From: a virus
IMG/VR virus record: IMGVR_UViG_3300032323_002909
Location: 64,001 to 128,000 of that record
Reading direction: 5' to 3' (one strand)
DNA length: 64,000 nt
Positions 35,331 to 44,975 of the stretch are shown piece by piece. A program made the translations under genes and the position numbers. Position 1 is the stretch's first letter. Each line of letters begins with the position of its first letter. The notes below the pieces were generated by a model. The model worked only from the letters and a program-made list of their open reading frames with translations. It ran no database searches and was not told the DNA's origin.

Positions 35331-35990
35331 ATGGATGATTCGGATAATATAGCTATTTATACAGCTACCAAAGAAAATAATTTAAGTTTTCCACTTGCTA
35401 ATAGTTTAAAAAGATTGAATTTGCAAAAATTTTTACGTGCGAAATTTGCTAATACGCAGTCTTTAGCTAAGGTTTATAACGAATTTTTAGATGATGCTAT
35501 AAAAAAAGACCTTGATTATATCATTTTTACCCATGATGACGTATGGATCGAGCATGATTTTAGGTTAAATTTACAAGAATCTTTCAATTCATTTGATGTT
35601 GTGGGTGTAGCGGGTTGTTCCAAGGCTGAAATAACGTCTCCAGCGTTATGGCATTTGATGGGTAGAGGACACTTACACGGTGCAGTGGCACACAAATACG
35701 GTAATAGTAAAGCTATGACTAGTTTTGGTATCTACCCTCATAGAGTCGTCATAATTGATGGAGTATTTATAGCTTTAAATAAGAAAGCCATCAAATCAGC
35801 AAGGTTCGATGAACAATGCCCATCAAAATGGCACTTCTATGATCTTTGTTTTAGTGCAAGATGTCTACAAAATAACTTGAAAATAGGCGTGAGTGATATT
35901 ATCATTACACACGAGTCCCATGGTTTACGCGAATTTACAGATGAGTGGAAGATGGGTGAACAATATTACATGGAAACATATAATTCTTAA
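35331..35990 (+). CDS. GT-A glycosyltransferase-like protein
   Basis: SLAKVYN, FTHDDV, VGVAG, IDGVF, FDE, HFYD..F, HESHG. Confidence 0.85.
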   Translation: MDDSDNIAIYTATKENNLSFPLANSLKRLNLQKFLRAKFANTQSLAKVYNEFLDDAIKKDLDYIIFTHDDVWIEHDFRLNLQESFNSFDVVGVAGCSKAEITSPALWHLMGRGHLHGAVAHKYGNSKAMTSFGIYPHRVVIIDGVFIALNKKAIKSARFDEQCPSKWHFYDLCFSARCLQNNLKIGVSDIIITHESHGLREFTDEWKMGEQYYMETYNS

Positions 35991-37306
35991 TGAGTGAAAT
36001 AGACTTAGATTATTTTGAAAAGATTTTGGTGAAAAATGCCATGACTAATGGTAGTTATTTGGCATCTATTGCTGATCATGTTCAACCAAAATACTTCAAT
36101 GATAAGTTTATCGCCAAATATTTCGAAATAGTATCGGATTTTTATGATAAACGGCAAGCATTGCCAACTTTTACAGAGATAAAGACCTATTTGATCTCTG
36201 ATGAATTGAAAAATGGGTTCAAAAAGCTCATAGAATCGTTCAAAGAGCTAGATTCTGCTCAAAATAACGATGAATTGTATACAAATACTGAAAAATTCCT
36301 CAAAGAAAGAGGAATGTATCACTCGATATTGGAATCTGCTGAGAAAATATCAGAGGGTAACGTTGATACATCTGAAATTGTCGAGAAGTTTGAGAAAATT
36401 GCTGGTATAAACCTGAATGTAGACAAGGGTATTGAGATCTATGGTGATGTTGAGAGGGTTATTGACGACATTTTGAATGATGAGACCATGATATCATCCA
36501 AATGGTCTTGGTTAGACGATGCACTTGGAGGTGGTTTTGCTGAAGTAGGCAAAGCATTATACGTATTTGCAGGTCAATCCAATATCGGTAAGAGTATTTT
36601 TCTAGGTAATGTGGCTGCTAACATGGCATCACAGAACAAAAACATACTAGTAATAACATTAGAGATGTCTGAAACACTCTATGCGAAGAGAATAGCATCA
36701 AATATTACCAAAATACCGATGAAAGACTTTAGACATAACGTTCCGACACTGCGTCATGCTCTGGAAGAAGAGCATGACAAAACAGGTGGTAGAATTTACA
36801 TTAAAGAATTCCCTCCATCAACCATCACTCCTAAGCAATTAGGGGCATTCATCAAAAAAATGATTGATTCTGGTATTAAAATCGATGGTGTCGTGGTCGA
36901 TTACCTAACATTGTTGACCGCTGCTGGTTCTAATTCATATGAGAAGGGTAAAAATATCTGTGAACAGATCAGAGCATTGTCATATGTGTTTAAATGTCCC
37001 TTTGTATCTGCTTGTCAGTTGAATCGTAGTTCCATTAATGAAAATAACCCTGATATGTCAGGTATTGCAGAGAGTCTTTCTATTGCGATGACCGCCGATG
37101 TTATTGTATCCATCTTTCAAAATGAAGAAGACCAAGAATTAGGGGTGATTCGTCTTGGTATGATGAAAAATCGATTCGGTCCGAGGGGTATGGTTCAAAC
37201 TATGAGAATTGATTACCCAACACTTACTGTTCATCAATCGGATGAAGATGATGAAGAAATCATGTCTGATGATGAGTTAAGTCTACTAGAAAAATTTAGC
37301 GGTTAA
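35990..37306 (+). CDS. 41: replicative DNA helicase gp41 (DnaB-like)
   Basis: GQSNIGKS, ITLEMSE, IKEFP, VDY, QLNRS, TAD, KNRFG. Confidence 0.95.
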   Translation: MSEIDLDYFEKILVKNAMTNGSYLASIADHVQPKYFNDKFIAKYFEIVSDFYDKRQALPTFTEIKTYLISDELKNGFKKLIESFKELDSAQNNDELYTNTEKFLKERGMYHSILESAEKISEGNVDTSEIVEKFEKIAGINLNVDKGIEIYGDVERVIDDILNDETMISSKWSWLDDALGGGFAEVGKALYVFAGQSNIGKSIFLGNVAANMASQNKNILVITLEMSETLYAKRIASNITKIPMKDFRHNVPTLRHALEEEHDKTGGRIYIKEFPPSTITPKQLGAFIKKMIDSGIKIDGVVVDYLTLLTAAGSNSYEKGKNICEQIRALSYVFKCPFVSACQLNRSSINENNPDMSGIAESLSIAMTADVIVSIFQNEEDQELGVIRLGMMKNRFGPRGMVQTMRIDYPTLTVHQSDEDDEEIMSDDELSLLEKFSG

Positions 37307-37318
37307 TTAAATATTAAT

Positions 37319-37825
37319 ATGAATAAAAAAGATCAGGATAACATTGGGCTGATATATGAAAACATTTTATTAGAAGCTAGTTTATCCAATAAAAATCTTT
37401 TTTATGGCTTAAAAAGCATGTTGGATGATGGCGAAGATTTCACAATGTTGACGGATAGAAACATGGAAAAAGATGATCAACAAACTATGTCCTGTCAGTT
37501 TATATATAAAGGAACTAGACATATTAGAGTTTTCACGAGCGCGTTTTTTTCGACTAAAAACTATGATAATCCTTCTCATCTCACAGTTTCTATATTTGAG
37601 GTGACACCAGAAGGTAAAACCATATCTAAGTTGGATACTAATGCTTTCTATAACAAAGGGGCATATTTCGACATCTCACACGATCCGATAATATCTTCTG
37701 TCGAGAATTTTGTCAAATATGTCAAGTCGGTGTTGGACAGGTCTGATAGAGATCGTGGAAACGATGATGAAACGAAGCTTCCTAAATCACCAACCCCAAC
37801 GAGTAAAAAATTAATATCGATTTGA
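37319..37825 (+). CDS. late protein, putative internal head protein
   Basis: TAAATA 5 nt upstream; KDQDNIGLIYENILLE-A. Confidence 0.65.
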   Translation: MNKKDQDNIGLIYENILLEASLSNKNLFYGLKSMLDDGEDFTMLTDRNMEKDDQQTMSCQFIYKGTRHIRVFTSAFFSTKNYDNPSHLTVSIFEVTPEGKTISKLDTNAFYNKGAYFDISHDPIISSVENFVKYVKSVLDRSDRDRGNDDETKLPKSPTPTSKKLISI

Positions 37826-37877
37826 TACGGTATTAATTTTGTTTACTATATAAAAAACTGATGGGATCTTTAAATAC

Positions 37878-37905
37878 TTGACAACTGATCGATATATGCT
37901 ACGAT
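37878..37905 (+). promoter_or_regulatory. sigma70-type promoter
   Basis: TTGACA-N16-TACGAT with extended TG, 6 nt before the ATG at 37912. Confidence 0.6.
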
Positions 37906-37911
37906 TCCCGC

Positions 37912-38811
37912 ATGGAATCGCCTATTGACAAACTCATAAAAATTAATAATTATGATATGTCTAAAATTTTTGCGTGGGTAAATTCTGATTTGGATGGTAT
38001 AGGTTCTACCATCTTATTGGGTAATCTATTTAAAAATTTTGAATATCGTCACTGTTTCTTTGGTAATTTCGAGGAGCAATATCTGCTATGGGCTAAGGAT
38101 AATGCGGTAGATTACGATAAAATTTTCATCGTCGGTATGGTTTTAGATCAAAATCTTATCAAAAAAATAGATGACCAGCGAGTAGTGTTCGTGTCCGACC
38201 GAAATGAACAATTCAAAACATGGGATTCTACCATTATTCATGATGAATGCTCCTCTTGCACGAAATTATTGTATAAAAAATTTAAAGAAAAAATTGAATT
38301 CACTAAAAATCTGAAAAAATTCTTTCTGTATGTTGATGATTACAATTCTTACGATCTAAAACACGAAGAAACCAAATATATAAACGCATTTTATAGAAAA
38401 TCTGGAGCTAATCGTTTTATTAATTTTGTAAATCGTTTTTGGAACGGTTTTGATGGGTTTAAAGAATCGGAAGTCAAACTTGCCGATGGATTCTTCAAAG
38501 AATTAGAAAAAGAATTATCCGAGATCACCCTTTACAAGGGAGAATGGAGTGGTTACAATATTATCTCCACTATATCAAAATTTTCGGTTAATGAATTAGC
38601 ACACTCTATCATGAGTAATTATGAGGGGGATGCAGTAATCATCATGAATCCAGATACACAGTTTGTTTCGTTTAGAAAATATAAAGGTTCTGACATCGAT
38701 ATTGCTAAAATCGCGAATATGTTATGCGATGGTGGCGGTGGCGAATGGGCAGCAGGTGGTAAAATCACCAAAGAATTTTTAAAATTTAGCGAAACTTTAA
38801 AAGAAATTTAA
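37912..38811 (+). CDS. degenerate DHH/DHHA1 phosphoesterase-like protein (start could be 37957)
   Basis: SDLDG motif I, VSFR and GGGG.WAAG DHHA1 pattern; the DHH motif itself is absent. Confidence 0.7.
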   Translation: MESPIDKLIKINNYDMSKIFAWVNSDLDGIGSTILLGNLFKNFEYRHCFFGNFEEQYLLWAKDNAVDYDKIFIVGMVLDQNLIKKIDDQRVVFVSDRNEQFKTWDSTIIHDECSSCTKLLYKKFKEKIEFTKNLKKFFLYVDDYNSYDLKHEETKYINAFYRKSGANRFINFVNRFWNGFDGFKESEVKLADGFFKELEKELSEITLYKGEWSGYNIISTISKFSVNELAHSIMSNYEGDAVIIMNPDTQFVSFRKYKGSDIDIAKIANMLCDGGGGEWAAGGKITKEFLKFSETLKEI

Positions 38812-38813
38812 TT

Positions 38814-39125
38814 ATGATCAACCCATCAGATTCTATAGTCGAAGAAGAAACAAATCATCTTTTTCTTTGTTTTTGCACCTTTGTTAACAATTTGAAGGGT
38901 AAGAAATTATCAATTCAAAATGTATTTGTGACTACTTTACAGGAGGAAAAATTGAAAACAATACTAAAAACAATTTTATCTCTTGACTCTGATCAAGAAC
39001 TTGTTAAAGTGTTCTTGGAATATGATCCAACTATTGCAAAATCAAAGTATGTAACCAAATTTATCAATAATATTTGTAAGACAAATAAGAGCAGAAATGA
39101 CAAAACTACAACAAAAAATATATAA
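38814..39125 (+). CDS. hypothetical protein (occupies the position of T4 gp33)
   Basis: 103 aa, two genes upstream of 32; positional argument only. Confidence 0.55.
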   Translation: MINPSDSIVEEETNHLFLCFCTFVNNLKGKKLSIQNVFVTTLQEEKLKTILKTILSLDSDQELVKVFLEYDPTIAKSKYVTKFINNICKTNKSRNDKTTTKNI

Positions 39126-39726
39126 TTCACATCTGGCTATTTCTCGTAAACAGAGAAATAAACCATTCAGAATTAGAAAAGATTTTTCGTCATTAGAGTC
39201 TCATATTATTGATAAATTAGCATCATTAGAAAGATTTTTTCTAGCACATCCATCGGTAAACATTGATGAATATTTTACATCACCTTATGAAATCTTTGAA
39301 GATGATGAATATTTTGATTTAGATTTTTACCTTACATCCAAAGCTAAAAAAGCTTACTCACAATACATGAAAAAATTAGAGATTAGCGACCCTGATACGG
39401 AAGCTAGTTTGAAACGTCTTATCGATGGTTTAAAATTCATCAAAACATTTTGCCAAGAAAAAAACTTGACTTTAGAAAAATACCATGTATATATAGAGAA
39501 TAATCTGCCTTGCATTATTGAGCATCTAAAGAATCACGATATTAATATGTATTGTTTACACGCTTTAGGTATTACTAAGATCGATGTGGAGAACAGAGTT
39601 TTAGATTTTATTTTTTCTGATTTCTGGACAACTTTTCAGAAGACAAAAAATAAATTCTTCCTAAGTGGGAAGATGAAAAAACTCGCAAAACAAGCAATAA
39701 CAAAAATACAACAACAACTAAAATAA
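39097..39726 (+). CDS. hypothetical protein, possible gp59-like helicase loader
   Basis: 209 aa, basic, coupled to gene 32 as T4 gene 59 is; position and size only. Confidence 0.45.
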   Translation: MTKLQQKIYNSHLAISRKQRNKPFRIRKDFSSLESHIIDKLASLERFFLAHPSVNIDEYFTSPYEIFEDDEYFDLDFYLTSKAKKAYSQYMKKLEISDPDTEASLKRLIDGLKFIKTFCQEKNLTLEKYHVYIENNLPCIIEHLKNHDINMYCLHALGITKIDVENRVLDFIFSDFWTTFQKTKNKFFLSGKMKKLAKQAITKIQQQLK

Positions 39727-40658
39727 TGACAACAAAAACAAAAGCAAAATTCGGCGGTGCAGCAATGTTCGAATCGATCAAAGCAGCATTGAATAAATCA
39801 AAGGATGGCGCTGGCGCACAATTCGGCAATATTCTGAAATGCCCAGATGGTCATACTTATACATTAAGACTTGTTCCTAATGTGGAAAATCCTGAAAAGA
39901 CATTTTTCCATCACTGGGTGCATGGTTGGAATAGTAAATCATCTGGCTCTTATATGAGTCACATTGGTCTTCAAACCTTCGATGAAAGAGATCCTATCTC
40001 TGAACTTCGTTGGAAACTCTGGAAATCTTGGAGAGAAGCCAATCCCAAAGCTGATTCCAAAGACTACGTTGCTGATATTTCCCAGAAAGAAAACTGGTTC
40101 GTGAATGTTTACGTTATCGATGATCCATCGAACCCGAACAACAACGGAACTGTGAAAATTCTTCGTATGGGTCCGCAGCTTAAGAAAATTGTCGATGAGG
40201 CTACGGAAGGTGATAGATCTGATGAACTTGGGTGGGACATTTTCGATCTTTCTAAAGGTCACGATTTGAAAATCAAGGCTGAGAAGAAAGGTGTTTATAC
40301 CACATTTGAATCGTCATTCTTCACTACGAAATCCAAAACTGTATTGGATGAAGAAGAGATTGATAAGATCCATTCCAATATCAATGATTTGGAATCGGTT
40401 TATCCTGTGAAAACTTATGATGAACTCCAAGAGATTCTGAATGAGCATTTCTTCATCGGTGCTGAGAAGGAAACTCCGAAACCTCTTTCTAAAATCACAT
40501 CGAAAACACCTGTTGTCGATGATGAGGACGAGGATGATGATATCCCTATGGTTCACGAAACAAAGAAAACCAAAACTCAATCTGCAACTAAAGTCCAAAA
40601 AGTTCAGGACGATGACGATGTTGACATCGACGAGCTCCTTGAAGGATTGGACGATTAA
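39726..40658 (+). CDS. 32: ssDNA-binding protein gp32
   Basis: LRLVP, HWVHG, NVYVIDDP..P.NNG.VKI, G.D.KI, acidic C-terminal tail. Confidence 0.9.
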   Translation: MTTKTKAKFGGAAMFESIKAALNKSKDGAGAQFGNILKCPDGHTYTLRLVPNVENPEKTFFHHWVHGWNSKSSGSYMSHIGLQTFDERDPISELRWKLWKSWREANPKADSKDYVADISQKENWFVNVYVIDDPSNPNNNGTVKILRMGPQLKKIVDEATEGDRSDELGWDIFDLSKGHDLKIKAEKKGVYTTFESSFFTTKSKTVLDEEEIDKIHSNINDLESVYPVKTYDELQEILNEHFFIGAEKETPKPLSKITSKTPVVDDEDEDDDIPMVHETKKTKTQSATKVQKVQDDDDVDIDELLEGLDD

Positions 40659-40670
40659 TAAATAAACAAG

Positions 40671-40692
40671 CCCCCCTCTGAAAGGAGGGGGG
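40671..40692. terminator. GC-rich GAAA-tetraloop hairpin after gene 32
   Basis: CCCCCCTCT-GAAA-GGAGGGGGG; T-rich on the minus side, followed by TATAAT on the plus side. Confidence 0.7.
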
Positions 40693-40704
40693 TATAATAT
40701 ACTT

Positions 40705-41163
40705 ATGAGCAATATTCCAGAAGAAATAGAAGCAATGGCTTTTTTTATCGGTCAATCCAATCAGATTGACAATATGATGGTAGAAAAACCATCAACCTTG
40801 ATAACATCTGCCGATACCCTTAAACAGGGTATGCACGAATATTTATTACAGCAGCGCAGATTGCAGTCGCCTCCTCCACCACCACCATCTCCTTATGCAC
40901 ATGCCCCTTCGAATTTGTATGCCCCTATGAATCATCCTGTGCATACTACAACATCTGCTCCTTTACCTACTCAACCATCTAATGATGATCAATTAGAATT
41001 TAATTTTGATCCAAAGCTAGGACAACAGATGATCGACTTATTGAAAGAAATATCACTAAAACTTACAAAGCAACTAAACATTTTAGAAAAGAAATATGAA
41101 AATAAATCTTCAAAAGACACCGCTACAGATCTTTCTGTCGAGTTTGTCGATGATTCAAGATAA
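40705..41163 (+). CDS. hypothetical protein with polyproline linker
   Basis: SPPPPPPSP, DDQLEFNF; TATAAT 6 nt before the ATG. Confidence 0.7.
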   Translation: MSNIPEEIEAMAFFIGQSNQIDNMMVEKPSTLITSADTLKQGMHEYLLQQRRLQSPPPPPPSPYAHAPSNLYAPMNHPVHTTTSAPLPTQPSNDDQLEFNFDPKLGQQMIDLLKEISLKLTKQLNILEKKYENKSSKDTATDLSVEFVDDSR

Positions 41164-41803
41164 ATGTGTCTTGACGTTGAAAGATGACGGTATACATGGT
41201 ATTACATCTAGTAAAGATAATACCATGTATGCGTATGCTAGCCTTGAAGGTGAGTATGAAGAAGGTCGATTGAATTTACCATCACTTGAAAAGTTATCCA
41301 AAGCTTTGTCGATGGTGAAAGAGGAAGACATCACACTTGTGATAAAGGGAAATCATTTGGAATATAAAAATGATGAACTTAAGTTTAAATATCACCTACA
41401 TGAGGACGGTGTTATATCAGTGCCTAATTTGACTTTGAATAAAATTCAAAGTTTCCACTTTAACATTGAATTTAAATTAGACATGGATTTCATGGCTAGT
41501 CTTTTACAGAAATCTTCTATCACGAATACTAAAAAATTGTATATCTACACAGAAGATAATAGCTTGGTGTGGAAGCTAGGCGATGATACAGCACCTAACA
41601 GCGATTCTATTTGTATCATTGGCGAGGAAGTCGATTTCGATCTTAAACCTTTCATTATGAAAGTGGACGATTTGAAATTAATAACCAAAGTATCAAAGTA
41701 TAATAATATTTTTAAAATTAATTCCAAGATGGGTATCGGTGCTATCATCAGCAAAAATGATTATTTTGGAATTCAATACATTTTTTCATCTATTAGAAAT
41801 TAA
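41096..41803 (+). CDS. 45: sliding clamp gp45
   Basis: 235 aa two-domain beta/alpha pattern (YAYA, LEKLSKALS, FKYHL); typical size and location. Confidence 0.75.
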   Translation: MKINLQKTPLQIFLSSLSMIQDKCVLTLKDDGIHGITSSKDNTMYAYASLEGEYEEGRLNLPSLEKLSKALSMVKEEDITLVIKGNHLEYKNDELKFKYHLHEDGVISVPNLTLNKIQSFHFNIEFKLDMDFMASLLQKSSITNTKKLYIYTEDNSLVWKLGDDTAPNSDSICIIGEEVDFDLKPFIMKVDDLKLITKVSKYNNIFKINSKMGIGAIISKNDYFGIQYIFSSIRN

Positions 41804-41805
41804 TC

Positions 41806-42060
41806 ATGGCTGCTATAAACGAAATTACAGGAAAAGTTATCAGAACCAATCCCCAAAACTCCAAATATGCCGAAAATTGGGATAAAATTTTTACTAAAAA
41901 ATCTTCCAATGAATGGCTAAAAGAATGTGCAGATGTTGTATTATTAGATCCTGATGGGTGGCGACAGAATGATGGTGTTGATATGGATACTCCCATCAAA
42001 TGGGCAGATTTTCAATATAGGTTATCTTTATCGACTATAATGTGTAAAAATATTAAATAA
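41806..42060 (+). CDS. hypothetical phage protein
   Basis: NEITG..Y..NWDKIF; LDPDGW. Confidence 0.65.
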   Translation: MAAINEITGKVIRTNPQNSKYAENWDKIFTKKSSNEWLKECADVVLLDPDGWRQNDGVDMDTPIKWADFQYRLSLSTIMCKNIK

Positions 42061-42067
42061 TATTATC

Positions 42068-42712
42068 ATGAAATTAACACAAAAAGATCAGTCCGAGATA
42101 GCAAATTTATATTCCGAAATTTTAGTAGAAGCATTTTCAGATCTTGGGAAATTATCACCTGAGCAATTACGTAAAGGTTATCGTTTAAACCCGAATGATT
42201 CGGATAACTTTAAAGAAGTCAGTGGGCGAGTGTTTCATAACGCTTTGGAAGTTATCAAAAATAACGACGATATGCGCAAAGTTACAAATCCCGACTACTA
42301 TAAAGCTATCAGACAAAATCTTTCAACATATCCCATCGCTGAATATAATTCGATGAGATGTTTTCTAGGTAAGAATAATTCCAGTGGTTTCTGCATCAAA
42401 GACGACGATGAATTGGTTTCTTTGTTTTCTTCTTTAGAATCTTCTGGTAAAGCAGCTGCCCTAGCAGCTATTGAAAATGGTGCAAAACGACTTGATTGTT
42501 TCGCAACTCAAGATCAAAACGGTAACATTAAAAACGAAGGTTTATATAAACTTTACTCGTCTGTCGGGTTTGTTATTGACGAATCGTTGACTACTGGCGA
42601 ACTAGGTGAGCCGTATGCAATACAAAATGGTATATCATATTTTGTCGGTCCAGATGAAGTAGTAGACCCAACCCACCCAACAGTGGTGATTTTCATGAAA
42701 TTATCAAGATGA
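42068..42712 (+). CDS. GNAT-fold-like protein with internal-protein N-terminal tag
   Basis: GF.I..D.ELVSLFS, AIENGAKRLDCF, LY...GF; KDQSEIANLYSEILVE-A; TAAATA 8 nt upstream. Confidence 0.6.
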   Translation: MKLTQKDQSEIANLYSEILVEAFSDLGKLSPEQLRKGYRLNPNDSDNFKEVSGRVFHNALEVIKNNDDMRKVTNPDYYKAIRQNLSTYPIAEYNSMRCFLGKNNSSGFCIKDDDELVSLFSSLESSGKAAALAAIENGAKRLDCFATQDQNGNIKNEGLYKLYSSVGFVIDESLTTGELGEPYAIQNGISYFVGPDEVVDPTHPTVVIFMKLSR

Positions 42713-42996
42713 CATTAATATATCCAAAAGAACATATAGAAAACGCTCCAATCGAGCAAGATGTAGATATCATAACTGATTATGATGAATTAAACGCGAA
42801 AATTTCGGGGTTATACGATACCTTCACGGTAATTGTATCTCACAACGAGTCTGCGAGTGAGTTGAATTATGTGATAAATTTTGATAGAATCAAAAATTTA
42901 CATATTTTAACCACATTCATCGATTGTAGATATAAATCAGACAATCTTAAACTATTAATTGATAAATTTAAAGCATTTGAAAATGCTTGGATGTAA
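42709..42996 (+). CDS. hypothetical protein
   Basis: ATGA overlap with the previous gene. Confidence 0.55.
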   Translation: MTLIYPKEHIENAPIEQDVDIITDYDELNAKISGLYDTFTVIVSHNESASELNYVINFDRIKNLHILTTFIDCRYKSDNLKLLIDKFKAFENAWM

Positions 42997-43040
42997 AATA
43001 GTAGTTGAATATTGTCAATACCGTAATAAGTATATCATAT

Positions 43041-43370
43041 ATGAAAAATAATATCGCCACGCAAGGTTATTTTGTTAAAAGATTAAGAGATTCTGGGTTT
43101 GTAGTTGTTAAATTATTTGATAAATACGCTCAACATGATCCTAGAAAATGGACGATTATGGTCGATCCCAGCAATACATCTGTTCTCATAACATGTTATC
43201 AAAATAAAGAATTTAAAGGTGATGTTTTATTTGAGATCAATGATGGTGGTAATAGATTTTTCAAAAACTACAACCTCAAAACACAAAGTATGGAAATTGT
43301 TATTATTACTTTACTTGAAAAAGGTATTTGTCAGATCAAACAAGATTCTGAATATATAAAAGATAAGTAA
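43041..43370 (+). CDS. hypothetical protein
   Basis: TAAGTA 8 nt upstream of MKNNIAT. Confidence 0.65.
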   Translation: MKNNIATQGYFVKRLRDSGFVVVKLFDKYAQHDPRKWTIMVDPSNTSVLITCYQNKEFKGDVLFEINDGGNRFFKNYNLKTQSMEIVIITLLEKGICQIKQDSEYIKDK

Positions 43371-43374
43371 TAAT

Positions 43375-43686
43375 ATGGAGAAACACGAGGATGACAATGA
43401 TGGTATTTTTGTGGATGATAAAGTTATAGAAATTCTTAGAGAATCTCTAAAACATAAATTAAAAAAAGAAAGAAAATACAACAAAAAAAGTTTTAACGGT
43501 GTTTTAAAATCAACATTGCAAGAATTTTTAACTTGTGCTAAAGTATTAGGATATGATTTAGATGGGAATGTGGTAGAAATTACATTTTTTGGAAATAAAA
43601 TGGAAGACGCTGCATTACAAAATCTTTTTATTCAAAAATTTGGCGAATACTTGCAATCAAAAGCAAATATTATAGATGATTTTTAA
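43375..43686 (+). CDS. hypothetical protein
   Basis: TAAGTA 5 nt upstream. Confidence 0.65.
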   Translation: MEKHEDDNDGIFVDDKVIEILRESLKHKLKKERKYNKKSFNGVLKSTLQEFLTCAKVLGYDLDGNVVEITFFGNKMEDAALQNLFIQKFGEYLQSKANIIDDF

Positions 43687-43960
43687 TTTTTTAGATAAAA
43701 TGAAAAAAGGCAGCGTTTATGCTGTCCAAGTTGGTGATTATGTGGGGCAGTTCTTCAATTATATTAAGAAGGACAGTAATAATTATTTTTTCTTATCTAC
43801 TCCAAATGTGGAGATAATAAAAGTTCCAAAAGAAAAATTTGACTTCGCATTGAATAATGGTATTATCGAATACGTTGAAACTCTCCCAAGAAATATCTTC
43901 AAAGTTATCAAAGCACAGTACCAACAATTATCAGAAAAAAATGGTAAAAATACCTTCTGA
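43676..43960 (+). CDS. hypothetical protein
   Basis: Overlaps both neighbours in the operon. Confidence 0.6.
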   Translation: MIFNFLDKMKKGSVYAVQVGDYVGQFFNYIKKDSNNYFFLSTPNVEIIKVPKEKFDFALNNGIIEYVETLPRNIFKVIKAQYQQLSEKNGKNTF

Positions 43961-44969
43961 TTATGTGGTATCTAAGTTTTATGAGTATGGTTATAAAGTA
44001 ACTCATAACACCTACAGCGGAACTTACCAATGTTGTTGCCCCATTTGCAAAGAGGGTAAAAGTTGGGGATTCAAGAAAAGATGTTTCTACATACCCGAAA
44101 ATGAATTGATTTACTGCCATAATTGTGGTTGGTCATCCAAACCATATAAATGGATAAAGGAAGTTTCTGGATTATCATACGATGATATCGTGTCAGAAAT
44201 AAATAATGGCGACTTTGGCGTTATTGATGTTTTAGAATTACCTGAAACCAACAACATTACACCATCTAGAGTATTACCAACCTTACCCACTGATAGCATC
44301 AATCTTTTTGATAAAGCGCAAACTGATTATTATAAAAATAATAAAATTGTGCAGGATGCTTTAAATTATATCAAGGCTAGACGACTGAATAATGCTGTTA
44401 ATAAACCAGATGCCTTTTATTTATCATTAAAAGATGACGTTCATCGTAAGCGACTCATCATACCTTTTAAAAACACTGATGGTAAGATTATTTTTTACCA
44501 GTCTAGAAAACTAATAGATGATGAGTCGCCGACATACTTATCAAAAGACGGTGGTGACAAGTCATTATTCGGTATCGAGAGGATAAACCCTGATTTAGAT
44601 ACAATATTCATTACTGAAGGACCATTAGATGCGTGTTTTGTCAAAAACGGCATAGGATTGGGTGGTATTAGTAAGAAAAATCATTTATTTACACATGATC
44701 AACAATCTCAAATGGATGGTTTGAAATTCTTCAATCATATTTGGGTATTAGATAGCCAATGGGTGGATGAAACCGCTAGAGAGAAGACACTACAATTGAT
44801 ACAAATGGGTGAAACTGTCTTTATATGGCCCGAATATGATGGTCGTAAATTTAAAGATTTGAATGAGATGTGTGTCGCTTACGATACAGACGAATACCCG
44901 ACAGATCTTATAATAAAAAATAGCCACAAGGGACTTGCGGCTATTGTGAAAATGAAGTTGATTAAATAA
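43941..44969 (+). CDS. 61: DNA primase gp61
   Basis: CPIC...CHNCG zinc finger, RLIIPF, Q.R, TEGPLDA TOPRIM, LD, KDLNE. Confidence 0.93.
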   Translation: MVKIPSDYVVSKFYEYGYKVTHNTYSGTYQCCCPICKEGKSWGFKKRCFYIPENELIYCHNCGWSSKPYKWIKEVSGLSYDDIVSEINNGDFGVIDVLELPETNNITPSRVLPTLPTDSINLFDKAQTDYYKNNKIVQDALNYIKARRLNNAVNKPDAFYLSLKDDVHRKRLIIPFKNTDGKIIFYQSRKLIDDESPTYLSKDGGDKSLFGIERINPDLDTIFITEGPLDACFVKNGIGLGGISKKNHLFTHDQQSQMDGLKFFNHIWVLDSQWVDETAREKTLQLIQMGETVFIWPEYDGRKFKDLNEMCVAYDTDEYPTDLIIKNSHKGLAAIVKMKLIK

Positions 44970-44975
44970 TCAAAT

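Noticed and set aside
26554-37306. Inteins or introns in gp43, UvsX or gp41
   Set aside because: Lengths are typical and conserved motifs are contiguous, with no intein or LAGLIDADG signatures
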